DNA of 64,000 nucleotides from Corallochytrium limacisporum Hawaii (Eukaryota; Protista; Pluriformea), in assembly GCA_002811645.1 (NCBI GenBank), contig PDIP01000051.1, forward strand, positions 83,579-147,578. The letters run 5' to 3'. The first letter of the stretch is position 1. Each line of letters begins with the position of its first letter. The notes under the pieces are model-generated. The model saw nothing but the letters and a program-made list of their open reading frames with translations, had not been told where the DNA came from and did not search any database. A program made the position numbers and the translations under genes. Shown here piece by piece: positions 1 through 10,640 of this stretch.

Positions 1-521
1 GTGCAAATTTTTGTTGAACACCGGTTTTTCGAAATTCTGCACTTTTTTATTGAACAGAGGTTGGTATATTTTACATAGAAAATCAAATGACCACTTTGGT
101 GAAGGAAAATCATATACAAAAAATGACCCCCCCCCCCCATGATTGACTAAATCAAATCCGATGACAGGTCCAAACGCTTAGCAGTGGCTGTACTGAAGGC
201 GCAATCCGCGCGCGCAATGGCGGCAGTGGGACCTGGCTGCTACACAGGCCGAGGCACAAAGGTATTTACAAATTACGGATAAGTGACTCCATATATTTTG
301 AATATCGATAAGAACCGCACGTGATACAAAGAAACGTCTTCAATAATCGTTATCGGAGGCTGAGTGGGGTACGGAAGCAAGCGACCCGGACAAGATCTGC
401 AAAAATTCTTCGTTTAATCAACCGACGACTATTCCTCGCTGCTGCTTCTGCTGTGGGGTCTCCTAAGCACCGCATAGTGACTACGAGCCCTTGGATTCCT
501 CTTATTCTTCAAAGGAAGACC

Positions 522-1829
522 ATGGTAAGCCGCAGAATCAGTACCAGATTGGCGAATTCGCCGCGCAAGGACTACAACGAGGACAGGATGGTGGGCCTGG
601 TTTCGAGGACAACACCAACGAAAAAGGGCATCAAGCGATCATATGTTTCTTCCACGGCGCCGAAGGTGTCTAAGCATGAAGAGCCTGTTGCGAACCGGAC
701 GAAAAACTCTCCAGAGACCCCGCAGAAAAAGCTCAAGAAGGAAAACACTAATAGCTACGAAGAAGAGAAGACCAGGGCCAAGATCAGGAAGGAAGGTACC
801 TCATCTCCGTGCAAACCACCCTGCGTAGCCACGGCAAAAAAGGCCGATTGGCTCCGTGCAGAAGCCGCTGGCGTCATTGATCGTTTTCGTGAGCGCCGAA
901 TGGCCATGGAGGCAGGAACGGATGACCGCTACAAATGGCTGGTGGGTGCGCATGTGAGCATGGCCGGTGGCGTACAGAACGCCATCATTAACGCAGTCAT
1001 GCTAGGTGCGATGGCTCTGGCCATGGACCTCAAGTCGAAGCGTCGGTGGGAGGGGCCCCCATTGAAGACTGAGGACATTGCGATGTTCAAGGAGGCGTGT
1101 GCAGAGTTCGGCTTTCGCCGAGACCGGGACATCGTGCCCCACGGCAGCTACTTGATTAACCTGGGTAGCCCGGACGAGACCATGTGGGAGAAGAGCGTTG
1201 CAGCGGTGATTGATGAACTGCACCGCTGTGACCAGCTGGGGATCACACTTTGGAATTTCCATCCCGGCACAAACACTGGGAATATGCAAACAGACGAAGA
1301 GTGCCTTGACCGCATCGCGGAGGGGATCAATCGCGCGCTTGCGGATCCGAAGAGCGGACAGAACACAGTAGTCGTTGTGGAAAACATGGCCGGACAGGGG
1401 TCAACCATGGGCAATGAGCTGTGGCATTTGCGGCATATTATCGAACGTGTGGAGGACAAGTCACGCATCGGCATCTGTCTGGACACATGTCACGCATTTG
1501 CGGCCGGAGTGGACGTGAAGACGGGCTCCGGATTTAGTGCCTACCTGGACGAGGTGGACGAGCAGATCGGGCTAAGTTATTTGCGGGCTATGCACCTGAA
1601 CGATTCCAAGGGACCGCAGGGATGCCGCAAAGATCGGCATGAGAACCTGGGCAAAGGAGAGATTGGCCTGGACTGCTTCCGGTTCATCATGAACGAGCCT
1701 CGGCTCCAAGGAATTCCCCTCGTTCTGGAGACGCCGAACGACAAGGTGCCTACAGATGTCTGGAACAGCTGCTGGCGATGTGAGGTGGATCAACTTTATA
1801 ATGACCTGCATGGCGATAATAGTAAATAA
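522..1829 (+). CDS. APN1: AP endonuclease, endonuclease IV family, with a basic N-terminal extension
   Basis: Motifs GAHVSMAGG, PHGSYLINLG, NFHPG, ENMAGQG, CLDTCHAFAAG, HLNDSK, DRHENLGKG and LETP. First ATG is at 522; the ORF track start at 321 is GTG. Confidence 0.95.
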   Translation: MVSRRISTRLANSPRKDYNEDRMVGLVSRTTPTKKGIKRSYVSSTAPKVSKHEEPVANRTKNSPETPQKKLKKENTNSYEEEKTRAKIRKEGTSSPCKPPCVATAKKADWLRAEAAGVIDRFRERRMAMEAGTDDRYKWLVGAHVSMAGGVQNAIINAVMLGAMALAMDLKSKRRWEGPPLKTEDIAMFKEACAEFGFRRDRDIVPHGSYLINLGSPDETMWEKSVAAVIDELHRCDQLGITLWNFHPGTNTGNMQTDEECLDRIAEGINRALADPKSGQNTVVVVENMAGQGSTMGNELWHLRHIIERVEDKSRIGICLDTCHAFAAGVDVKTGSGFSAYLDEVDEQIGLSYLRAMHLNDSKGPQGCRKDRHENLGKGEIGLDCFRFIMNEPRLQGIPLVLETPNDKVPTDVWNSCWRCEVDQLYNDLHGDNSK

Positions 1830-1975
1830 GGGGAAATGCTGATCATTTTTCTGAATTTATAATGTAAGAATCATGATGAATTTGTGATGTAAAAGAAACT
1901 AAGTTCGGGATCATCGCGGCGATGAATAGTCTACTGGGACCTTTGAAACCCCGTTCGTCCACCGGACCGACCAGA

Positions 1976-4576
1976 CTAGTGTTCACTGTCCTCGCCGTCC
2001 CCATTTTCCTCATCCCCATGTTCAGGCTCGACCAGCCATTCAAGGTACCGGAGATATGGAAATGGTTGTAGTCCTACCGTGTAGTACTTCTCAAGGGTCT
2101 TCTCGCAATTTTCAACTTCGCGGATGCTGCCCGCACTTACCAGCGTCATCTGCATGGCCATGCCTCCATGGCTCAAGAGACGGAATTGCAGATGTGAATT
2201 GGGCACAATGATACAGTGTAACTGATCAGTGGCAATAAGATCGAATCGACCGGCGTCCAGGTGGATCTCCGCAAGCCAGACGCCTTCCCTTTCCTGGGGC
2301 GCGTCCAAAAAGTCAAAATTCACCGTGGCCTCAAGTGGACGTGCCCGGCTGTTCACCATGGCCACGAACCAATTCTGCTTGCCCCACTCCTTGCGTGCCA
2401 TTGCCGTGTAGTTATTGATGTCACTAGCTAACAACACGGAGCGATCAAACAAAACTGGTAGATTGCGCCAGAAGGACAGAGCGGGGATGGGATCGTAGCT
2501 GAACTTTTCACTGCTGTCCCCTGCAAATATGTTGGTATCCCTTTGGCCATCGTCTTCGGCGCCCCCTTCAAGTTGAGGATTCATGTACATCTTTTGCTCG
2601 TGCTCGCGCTCCTTCACCTCACGCCTAAGTAGGTCGACGATGTCGACCGCGTGTTGGTGGGCAAAGAGCGTCGGAATCGGAGACCAGAGCAGTACCGGGA
2701 GGGCAATCTGGTGCATGGCAGATTTCATACTCTTCATCAGCACTTCTGAATCCATAGTAAACTGGAAATCGAGTGGACCGCCGAGCCAGCCACAGAAGGG
2801 TATCGCCGAGGAATATTTCGCATGGATTGGGGCCGTTGCACTGTCCTCTGTTCCGGCCACAACCACCAGGTTGGGCCATTTCATGACTAAGCCTGTGTTG
2901 CGCATATGTCCGCCGACCAGGACCATTATGCGATTCATAAGCGTCAACTCGAGCATCAGTAGCAACCTATGCATACTCAAGGTATCTCGGTGATCAAGGT
3001 TACCGAACCGCACACCGGCAACACCTGTCGCAGCCAGATCTGTGAAGAACCGATGCGCAGTAATTTCGTGGATATCCTGGAAGAACGCGAAGTCAAGCCA
3101 AACAATAAGCTTCACACCATGAGTGTCGGCCTTGGCGACCAAGTCCGTGAAATCAATGCCCCCAGATTCGCCTCCGGTATACATGACCCGCATGCCCCGG
3201 GGATCGGACGCACTCACACCTGTCCACCCTTCACCTAGAGTCACGTACGAGCAGAGGAATCTCTGCGCAATCTTCAACATGGCTTCTACGTTGGCTTCGG
3301 TGAAGCGATTAATGTTTACGTTCTTACCAGGCTTAATCCACTTACTGAACTCATGTGTGGCTTCATTGGTGCGCTCTGGATCGCTGGATTCCATGGCAAG
3401 TGCCATTATCAGAGAGCGCGAATGCCAGAGCAGTGATGGATGGTCTTCTGCGAAAAAGACCTGCCACGGAGTGAAGTCAGGAACAGGAGGATCCGGCCGT
3501 GGTTTCATGCGCGGTGGATCACTAGCGTCCTTCAATTGGTAATCAATGCTCGTTAATATCTTGTGCGGCTGGTTCGCGAACCTCACTGTCACGTGCAGGG
3601 GCAGCCACCCACGGGAGTCGACCTCCGAAACAGAGAGGCTCCGGCCTTTCCATTCCGCCATTGTGACTGGACGAAGTCGTTCGCGGTCTAAGATGACAAA
3701 CCCTTTCTTCGGGCCAGTGACCACGAACTTCCACCGCAGTAGTTTAGTATTCCGCTCCTGCAAGAGTTCCTTTGCAGGGTCCAAGAGCTCCATCCGCACC
3801 GCGGCCATATGATCGTAGACCCGTAGGTAGAGCTTGACAAAGGCCACTAGTTCCCCATTGTTCGGCGATGGAACGCCCATGGTGTAGACATCTTGGACAT
3901 AGTCATTTGCAATGACCGCTTGATCACTTTGCCAGTACATAAACTGGGCCACGCCTGAATGGTATGTGCGCACGCGACTCATATACCGAATGTTGCACAC
4001 GCCAGGAAGCATGACTCCGTCAGCCAGCAGGCTAATGCTACCCGGATTGACCAGTGGTTTCCCGTCGTATATAAGATCGTAGAATAGACATTCCTTCAAA
4101 TTGTCCACGGGTCCCCTTCCCGTCCGTAGCTCAAGCTTTCCCAATGGACTCCGCAGGGTGGCTATTCCCTGGTGCAAGACTTCCACTTCGTGGTGCAGCT
4201 CGCGATTTTTTTCTCGATCATTAATAGGCACCAATGCTGCAGAGGCGGTCTGTTCAGTAAGAGACCGGAGAATCTTGGGCCAATCTTTTCCCATCGCTTG
4301 GCGCGGGGCCTCTTCTTTCGTCCTAGTTTCGGGCCTACACGCAGATGCATCCTTGCCAATGATGGTGCCAGTCGGTACGGTGATTCCGTCATCTAGTGAG
4401 CCCGACATCATGTATAAACCGAAAAAGAAAAGAACGGCCCCGAAGATCACCATGCCAACGTGAAACTGCGAACTGTGTCTGCTGTTGCCGGCAATCAAAC
4501 GGTAGAGTTTCCGTCCCGTGCTGGCAAGATAGCCAGGGGACTTCTCCCTCCGCTGGCGCGGTGACATTGTCACCAT
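1976..4576 (-). CDS. Glycoside hydrolase family 97-like protein with N-terminal type II membrane anchor; probable pseudoenzyme
   Basis: GH97-like motifs in the expected order: LRSPLGKLEL, LRVYDHMAAVR, TPWQV, WIKPGK, GEGW, GVKLIVW, GVAGVRF, TG..WPN, GPLDF, HQIAL..WSP, ARK, WFVA, GG.AM. One TM segment (VGMVIFGAVLFFFGLYMM). Start uncertain: ATG at 4576 or 4567, frame open to 4687. Confidence 0.75.
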   Translation of the reverse strand: MVTMSPRQRREKSPGYLASTGRKLYRLIAGNSRHSSQFHVGMVIFGAVLFFFGLYMMSGSLDDGITVPTGTIIGKDASACRPETRTKEEAPRQAMGKDWPKILRSLTEQTASAALVPINDREKNRELHHEVEVLHQGIATLRSPLGKLELRTGRGPVDNLKECLFYDLIYDGKPLVNPGSISLLADGVMLPGVCNIRYMSRVRTYHSGVAQFMYWQSDQAVIANDYVQDVYTMGVPSPNNGELVAFVKLYLRVYDHMAAVRMELLDPAKELLQERNTKLLRWKFVVTGPKKGFVILDRERLRPVTMAEWKGRSLSVSEVDSRGWLPLHVTVRFANQPHKILTSIDYQLKDASDPPRMKPRPDPPVPDFTPWQVFFAEDHPSLLWHSRSLIMALAMESSDPERTNEATHEFSKWIKPGKNVNINRFTEANVEAMLKIAQRFLCSYVTLGEGWTGVSASDPRGMRVMYTGGESGGIDFTDLVAKADTHGVKLIVWLDFAFFQDIHEITAHRFFTDLAATGVAGVRFGNLDHRDTLSMHRLLLMLELTLMNRIMVLVGGHMRNTGLVMKWPNLVVVAGTEDSATAPIHAKYSSAIPFCGWLGGPLDFQFTMDSEVLMKSMKSAMHQIALPVLLWSPIPTLFAHQHAVDIVDLLRREVKEREHEQKMYMNPQLEGGAEDDGQRDTNIFAGDSSEKFSYDPIPALSFWRNLPVLFDRSVLLASDINNYTAMARKEWGKQNWFVAMVNSRARPLEATVNFDFLDAPQEREGVWLAEIHLDAGRFDLIATDQLHCIIVPNSHLQFRLLSHGGMAMQMTLVSAGSIREVENCEKTLEKYYTVGLQPFPYLRYLEWLVEPEHGDEENGDGEDSEH

Positions 4577-5416
4577 TACGCTCGTAAATTGCTTGGAATT
4601 TTTCAGTTCGACGTCCAGGATGCCACCGTTCCAGGATTTCTTCACACTATGCCACTCGGAATTCCAGTCGATTCTTTTCACTTTCACTTCTTTTTGCGTG
4701 TCAGACGGCGATCTAAACCCATGCCGTCACCAAAAACACTAATGCTTGTAAACTGTGAAACCAAATCCATGATCAAGTACTGTTATTCTAGACATACCAA
4801 ACACGAACCCCAGGTGACTTGGGGGTATCGGTGGAAGTCCACCGCGATTGCTCCTCCCACGTCATCTGTTACCCCTGGGATAAGGGACGACGAGTGAGCG
4901 CGCTTAGCTTCCCCCTGGGGATCTTCCGCCCGAACGGTCGCCAACCCCAAGCAAAGTCTTTCGCTACCAGTAGATTCACCAGCGTGCGGACGGAGAAACG
5001 ATTTCCCTGCTAACGGAGCGGCCTGGGGTGAGGGAGGACGCGGGCAAAATCTGGGCCAGGCCAAACCGAAAGTGAAAAACTAGGAAGGGGGGGGGGGGGC
5101 GAGGGCAAAATGTACTGGAGACGTGGAAGAAGAAGGCCCGCGGGGTGGGGGTAGACAAAGTGGAATCACACCTTCCCAATGCAGTAACAACGACCCGTGG
5201 TTTTGGGGAAACGGAGGGAAAGAGGAAAGGGAGGGAGTGATTTTAGGCCCCCCCCGGGGGCCTTCTTTCTCCGTGATTCAATCCGTCCCGTTCTGAAATT
5301 CAGGTCTCCCCATCACCGACCACTGGTCCCCCCTCCCCACCCGGTCCGCATTCCTCTTGCCCTGAACTGGGTGGGCAGTCTTCGACGTTCCACAGTTCTG
5401 AAGTTTTTCTGTGAAG

Positions 5417-5488
5417 GTATGTCAAAAGTGGCTTATTGTATAAACGTGGGATGGATTGATCAAGTTTGTACAGTTGTGTTGATTTCAG
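5417..5488 (+). other. Candidate 5' UTR spliceosomal intron of CIA2
   Basis: AAG|GTATGT donor at 5417 and TTTCAG acceptor at 5488; other acceptors are possible. Confidence 0.45.
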
Positions 5489-5602
5489 CTTGATATACGT
5501 ATTTCGTAAATGTTTGTAGTAATAATCGGAGAAGAGACCAAGGGACAGAAAGTTTACAGAACTGAGTTAATAGTGGTCAGCAAAGAATTTGGACCGTAAG
5601 AC

Positions 5603-6070
5603 ATGGGAAGTCTCGACAACGCAAACCCCGAAGTGTACCAGGCCACGGTAGAACGTGAAGTTACCGAAGCAGACTACGATGAAAACGAGAGTGATCCCAT
5701 TGATAACCGCGAAATATTTGACTTACTGCGAGTGATAAATGATCCGGAACATCCGCTCACGTTGGAGCAGCTTAAAGTGATTTCCCTCGATCATGTTAAA
5801 GTAAGTGATGACGAGAACGCAGTGGATGTTGAATTTACACCTACGATCCCCCACTGTTCCATGGCTACGCTTATTGGTCTTTGCATCCGGGTTAAGCTCA
5901 TCCGTACCCTGCCTCCGCGGTTCAAGGTGAACGTGCGCATCCGAGAAGGAACCCACGCTTCAGAAATGGCCGTGAACAAGCAGCTTGCCGACAAGGAACG
6001 TGTGGCTGCTGCGCTGGAGAATGCACATTTGCTGAACGTTGTTAATCAATGCCTTAAAGTGAAAAACTGA
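5603..6070 (+). CDS. CIAO2B: Cytosolic Fe-S assembly component 2 (FAM96B/MIP18)
   Basis: [52 protein letters not shown]. Confidence 0.97.
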   Translation: MGSLDNANPEVYQATVEREVTEADYDENESDPIDNREIFDLLRVINDPEHPLTLEQLKVISLDHVKVSDDENAVDVEFTPTIPHCSMATLIGLCIRVKLIRTLPPRFKVNVRIREGTHASEMAVNKQLADKERVAAALENAHLLNVVNQCLKVKN

Positions 6071-6198
6071 AAAACAAAATGACATTGCTAAAGAAAAGGA
6101 CTCTCATATTTACCATTTGAACACTTAAATATTTATAAGACATCACTAGGATTTGACTATGTTTACATTATCTAGATCAACTACATGCTTACACTTTA

Positions 6199-7131
6199 TC
6201 AGAGATAGAACGTTCGCTTGTCCGCCTTTTCCAGCTGATTACGTTTGTGAATGTACTCATACTCACCGTGTTTCGGATCAAAGGTACCCTTCTGGAGCCA
6301 CTTGAGCTTAAGCGTAAACTGGGGCCCGATTTCCTGCAGACCGACTCGCTTGCCTTCCTTAAATATGTACCGATGGTGCCGGAAGAAGATGTAGTCCCGC
6401 TGATTATGGAATGTAATCACGCGGCGGCCCATAAAGTCCGGTTTCTGTGGTATCAGGCTGGCAAACATCCGACCGATAGTATGACCAAGGCGAGTGCCGA
6501 AATTGTTAAGTACAAGTTCCGGGTAGTGCTCAGAGGTCCGCGCCTTGTTCCAGATCTTGGCATGGGGCACAAACGATGTCAGCTTGTAGTATGCGGTTGG
6601 GCCGTCCGGAAGATGGCAGTGGATCAGAGCGTTGGGCTCCTTGTGATCCTCGTTGACAACGAGCAATTCTGTGAATTCGGCATTACTGGCGTACTTCACA
6701 ATATCCTTAATCTTGTAGCCCTTGCGTTCATAGAAGAAGGCATTTGGCAGAATTTCTTCCAGCTCGCGCACCAGCTGGTACGTGGTCTCCCGTCCCACAG
6801 CTCGGTTGGATGTACTAATCATGATCTTGGGCGGTTTACCCTCAAAATAAGTCTGGAGTTTGTCTGCCTCTTCGTCGGCAAGTACCTCTTTATCAGAGGG
6901 ATCAACAATTGTGTCATTGGGCCTACGTATACTCTCAATAGTTCGCGGCTGCTTCTTTTCCGGACGTTGATCCTCAGGCAGAGTCTCTTCCAATTTCTTG
7001 CGCTCCTTGCGGGCCCTCTTTTTGGCCACGAGCTTGTCTGTTTTTTGCTTCTGATACTCTCCTTTCCGAATATCCTTGTTTTTGATTTTGCTGATCGCTG
7101 CATCACCTGATGCTTTCTTTGACCGTACCAT
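6199..7131 (-). CDS. RPF1: Ribosome production factor 1 (Brix domain)
   Basis: HLPDGPTA, PELVLNNFGTRLG, FHNQRDYIFFRHHRYIF, LQEIGPQFTLKLKWLQKGTFD. Confidence 0.96.
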   Translation of the reverse strand: MVRSKKASGDAAISKIKNKDIRKGEYQKQKTDKLVAKKRARKERKKLEETLPEDQRPEKKQPRTIESIRRPNDTIVDPSDKEVLADEEADKLQTYFEGKPPKIMISTSNRAVGRETTYQLVRELEEILPNAFFYERKGYKIKDIVKYASNAEFTELLVVNEDHKEPNALIHCHLPDGPTAYYKLTSFVPHAKIWNKARTSEHYPELVLNNFGTRLGHTIGRMFASLIPQKPDFMGRRVITFHNQRDYIFFRHHRYIFKEGKRVGLQEIGPQFTLKLKWLQKGTFDPKHGEYEYIHKRNQLEKADKRTFYL

Positions 7132-7135
7132 GGTC

Positions 7136-7305
7136 CTAAGGTCTTAATTAGGGTGCACGAAATTGTATGTCTCTGTCATGTACAACGGTGTCTATGTAGG
7201 GTTTTCTACAGCATTCCTTTCGGACAGTGCAGTTCCTCGTTGTAGGTTTGGTAACAATCAAACTGAACACGTAACGTAATCCCCATCAATATTTCTTGTA
7301 CTCAC
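7136..7305 (-). other. Candidate 5' UTR intron of RPF1
   Basis: Minus-strand GTGAGT donor at 7305, CCCTAAT branch-like site, and CTTAG acceptor 4 nt before the ATG. Confidence 0.55.
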
Positions 7306-7892
7306 TGATCGATCTCATCCCATGCGTAGTTTACGTAGGGAGACACCAAGCGTTGAAATAGCTTCAAAAATGCGAACCATGCATGACCGCCCGCGGGCAG
7401 TAAACCCGCCCTTCCACTTCCCCGACCACGCGAAGCCCACCTTTCCCTTTCGGAAATTAACTAGGACCTAACTAATCATTAATTAGATTAAACCCAAACA
7501 CCCTCTCCCGTAGTACGGGTCCAGTATTTTCAGTATGCGGCCCGCTGAGGACTTGCCACAATAAGATAACAACAAGTCTTCAATGGCGAAAACATAGGTG
7601 CCGGAGGTAGTCCATGTACCGGCTTTGTGGAGGGCACCGGTCGAGGCCTCCAAACAGTTTCCAGTGAATTGGGCCTTCGGATTGTTATCACTGACTGGCT
7701 ATTCAATGATCATCAGTTCTCAAGATAGTCCGTACTTAAATTAATGGAAAAATACAACGAGCATACCTGTGAACTGGGGAGGGAAAACGAGAGCACAGTG
7801 TCTGTTCGAACGCGGTGCTACATCCCATTGGATTCGCCGGAAGTTTGGAACTAATTTACATATCTCGACTCTATAGGAAACGGTTCCAAACC

Positions 7893-8492
7893 ATGAATAC
7901 CTTCCTCCATTTGGTCATTGCAGCTGTGCTGGCTGCTCTGACGCATGGGTTTATCATCGATGTTGACGCCCACGACGTAGAATGCTTTTTTGTGCAATGC
8001 CAACCGCGGGATAAGATTACCTTAACCTACGAGGTGATGGAGGGTGGATTTCTGGACATCGATGTCTCTGCCTTTGATCCTTCTGATACACAGTTGCATA
8101 AGTCTCAGCGTCAGAGTTCCGGACGGGTCAGCCTAAGCGCGCGCAAGGACGGGCGTTACAAATTCTGCCTCGGAAACGAGATGTCTACCCGCACCGTCAA
8201 AACGGTCAAGTTTGATTTAACCCGCAGCCGCATCGAACCCCCTGAGCCTTTAAAGGATGAGCAACAGAATCGTCTGCTGCAGATGGTGACTGAACTGAAT
8301 GAGAAGCTCATCACTATTAAGCACGAGCAGGAGTATCTCGAAGTCCGTGAAAAGATTCACCGTGAGATTTCCGACTCAACGAACTCACGTGTGGTTATGT
8401 GGAGTTTCTTTGAGGCCCTCGTCATTGTGGCCATGACAGCTGGACAGATCTGGTACTTGCGTCGCTTCTTTGAGAACAAGCGCCTCATGTAA
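7893..8492 (+). CDS. TMED2: p24 family cargo receptor (EMP24/TMED2-like)
   Basis: Signal peptide, GOLD domain (ECFF, EGGFLDID, YKFC), coiled coil, STNSRVVMWS, TM segment and FFENKRLM tail. ATG at 7893 is preceded by ACTAAT...CTATAG (7876), an acceptor-like signal. Confidence 0.95.
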   Translation: MNTFLHLVIAAVLAALTHGFIIDVDAHDVECFFVQCQPRDKITLTYEVMEGGFLDIDVSAFDPSDTQLHKSQRQSSGRVSLSARKDGRYKFCLGNEMSTRTVKTVKFDLTRSRIEPPEPLKDEQQNRLLQMVTELNEKLITIKHEQEYLEVREKIHREISDSTNSRVVMWSFFEALVIVAMTAGQIWYLRRFFENKRLM

Positions 8493-10425
8493 GTGGTCAT
8501 CACTTACAACCATCCACCATTCTGCAACATAACTCCCGGAAGGAATCATCCCAACGTTTGACATGACGTACCAATATAGAAACCGTAGTAAGCAATAACA
8601 ATGGAAATGTTATCATTGTCTTGTCTTCGCAGATGGTGAAGAGCACGGACCGTATTCTACTCCGCTTGGGAATAGATCGGCCTCTTACATGCCCAGAGTT
8701 GAAGCCCTTACGTTCCAATTTGCTGAGGAGGGCCGTACTCTCCCTATGCGCAGGAGGGTCCATTAGTGCGAGGAAAATTCGAAATATTTCGACCGTGAAG
8801 AAAATAAAAAAGTCAGTATATCAATTTCAGCAGCTGCAAAAAGTCCCCCCCCCCCCTTCCCAAACTTCTTCCGCGTATTATAATACGCTCGTACCATGGG
8901 TCAGATCAGCAGGACAAATCAAACTCTGTCGCATCCCTCATCCCCATGCACAAACAGGTTTCTCTCCGGACCCTCTCGCATGATATGGAGCATGTTTATG
9001 TTAACATAATCGTTCTGTTGCTCAAAAGGTAGAGACACAAGACATGGTAGTAGTCATGCATGATGGATAGTAATTGATCACTAATTGATAGATGGGAAGG
9101 GCCTTCGTCCCCCCCGGGAACCAGAAAATCAGTCTATGTATAGCCCCACTATGGAGAAATGCGCACGCTGAGCGGCATTAGTGAGTGAAATCATGCCCCA
9201 AGTTGAAGGAAACACGGGGAGGGGGTAGTGGTACGGTATCTCGGGAAGAGGAAGCGGGCCACAGAGTGAGTACACCGCGGCATGTTTGTACGGCCGATGT
9301 ACCCTCATTTCCGCCCATCTGATAAATACATACCCGCCGCTGCACTCGATTTGTTTATATTTTCGGGAGGACCCCTCGCAGCATCGCAACGGTGATCATT
9401 CTAGTTTCGCTACTGATAAGTTCAATACGTCGGTTGGGGATGGGCACCGGTGGAACGTGGAATAGAATTTCGCAGCTCCGGGAAGGAGAGTCCCGACACG
9501 ATCTGCCGATGCCTTTTCGTTGTCTGGGAAGATGTCTTCGCCCGCCAGGCTTGCTCGCGTGGCCGCCATGGATTCTACAGTAGGAGCGGTGCAGACATGT
9601 AATCCAACTCCGGATAGGAAAGAACTATATGGCTGACTACAACTTTATTGATGTCTCCTGTGAGATTACATCCCTGTCAAGCCGAGCCTGTGCTTCCGCT
9701 ATCCGGGTTGTTGCAGTTGTAGAGCCCTACTGGGGCTACGTTAGGTGATTGCATCGCATAGACCACAACTGACATGTACCACTCACTTACCCTCTCCAAA
9801 CTCGTTCAGAGCTGGCAGAGGTTTAGTCATCATGTACCCAAAGCGGCAGTGCAAGCATATCATGGCCGTTTTTTGCACCGTTGCCCCTAATAGTGACGGC
9901 CACTGCACGTACAGATAGCAGCCCGCTCACCCCTGTCAAGAAACAGTACTTTCACTATACAATAATCTGCTTGGATGACGCAATCTTGAGGAAGGGAAAA
10001 ATCATCACGAGAACTGGATTGAGAATTCAAAAAATAAAAAGAGGGGAAGAAGCTACCCGATGAATTATGAGTTCTCTCAAATACATTTCATATAGACAAG
10101 ATCATCCACACGAGCACATCACTATTAAGGAGCCCTCCCCCGTAAAGGGCTTATTAAAGGGATTCTGGAAGGAAGCGCCGTTGTCCTCGTTTCGCTTGCT
10201 GTCCCTTTGCACTGCCATGACCAAATGAAGGCAACCCCGCACCGGGTGGGTGCGCACAGGGAAGAAATCCCTAGGTTTTTGCACTGCGGCGCGGTGGGTG
10301 CTTCGGTTCTCAGCAGACAGGGACGACAATGGGGAACGAAAAGGCAAGAATGGGGGAGGAAGAGGAAGGTTAGTCTGGGATATACCCAGTGCGGCCGGGA
10401 GGGGAGGGAATCGTCCGCGTGTTTG

Positions 10426-10640
10426 NNNNNNNNNNNNNNNNNNNNNNNNNNNNNNNNNNNNNNNNNNNNNNNNNNNNNNNNNNNNNNNNNNNNNNNNNNN
10501 NNNNNNNNNNNNNNNNNNNNNNNNNNNNNNNNNNNNNNNNNNNNNNNNNNNNNNNNNNNNNNNNNNNNNNNNNNNNNNNNNNNNNNNNNNNNNNNNNNNN
10601 NNNNNNNNNNNNNNNNNNNNNNNNNNNNNNNNNNNNNNNN
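10426..10640. other. Assembly gap (215 N)
   Basis: N run that ends directly at a G run. Confidence 1.

Noticed and set aside
9400-10000. Possible retroelement remnant (VVAVVEPY resembles an endonuclease motif)
   Set aside because: One short motif only; no RT, terminal repeats or target-site duplication.
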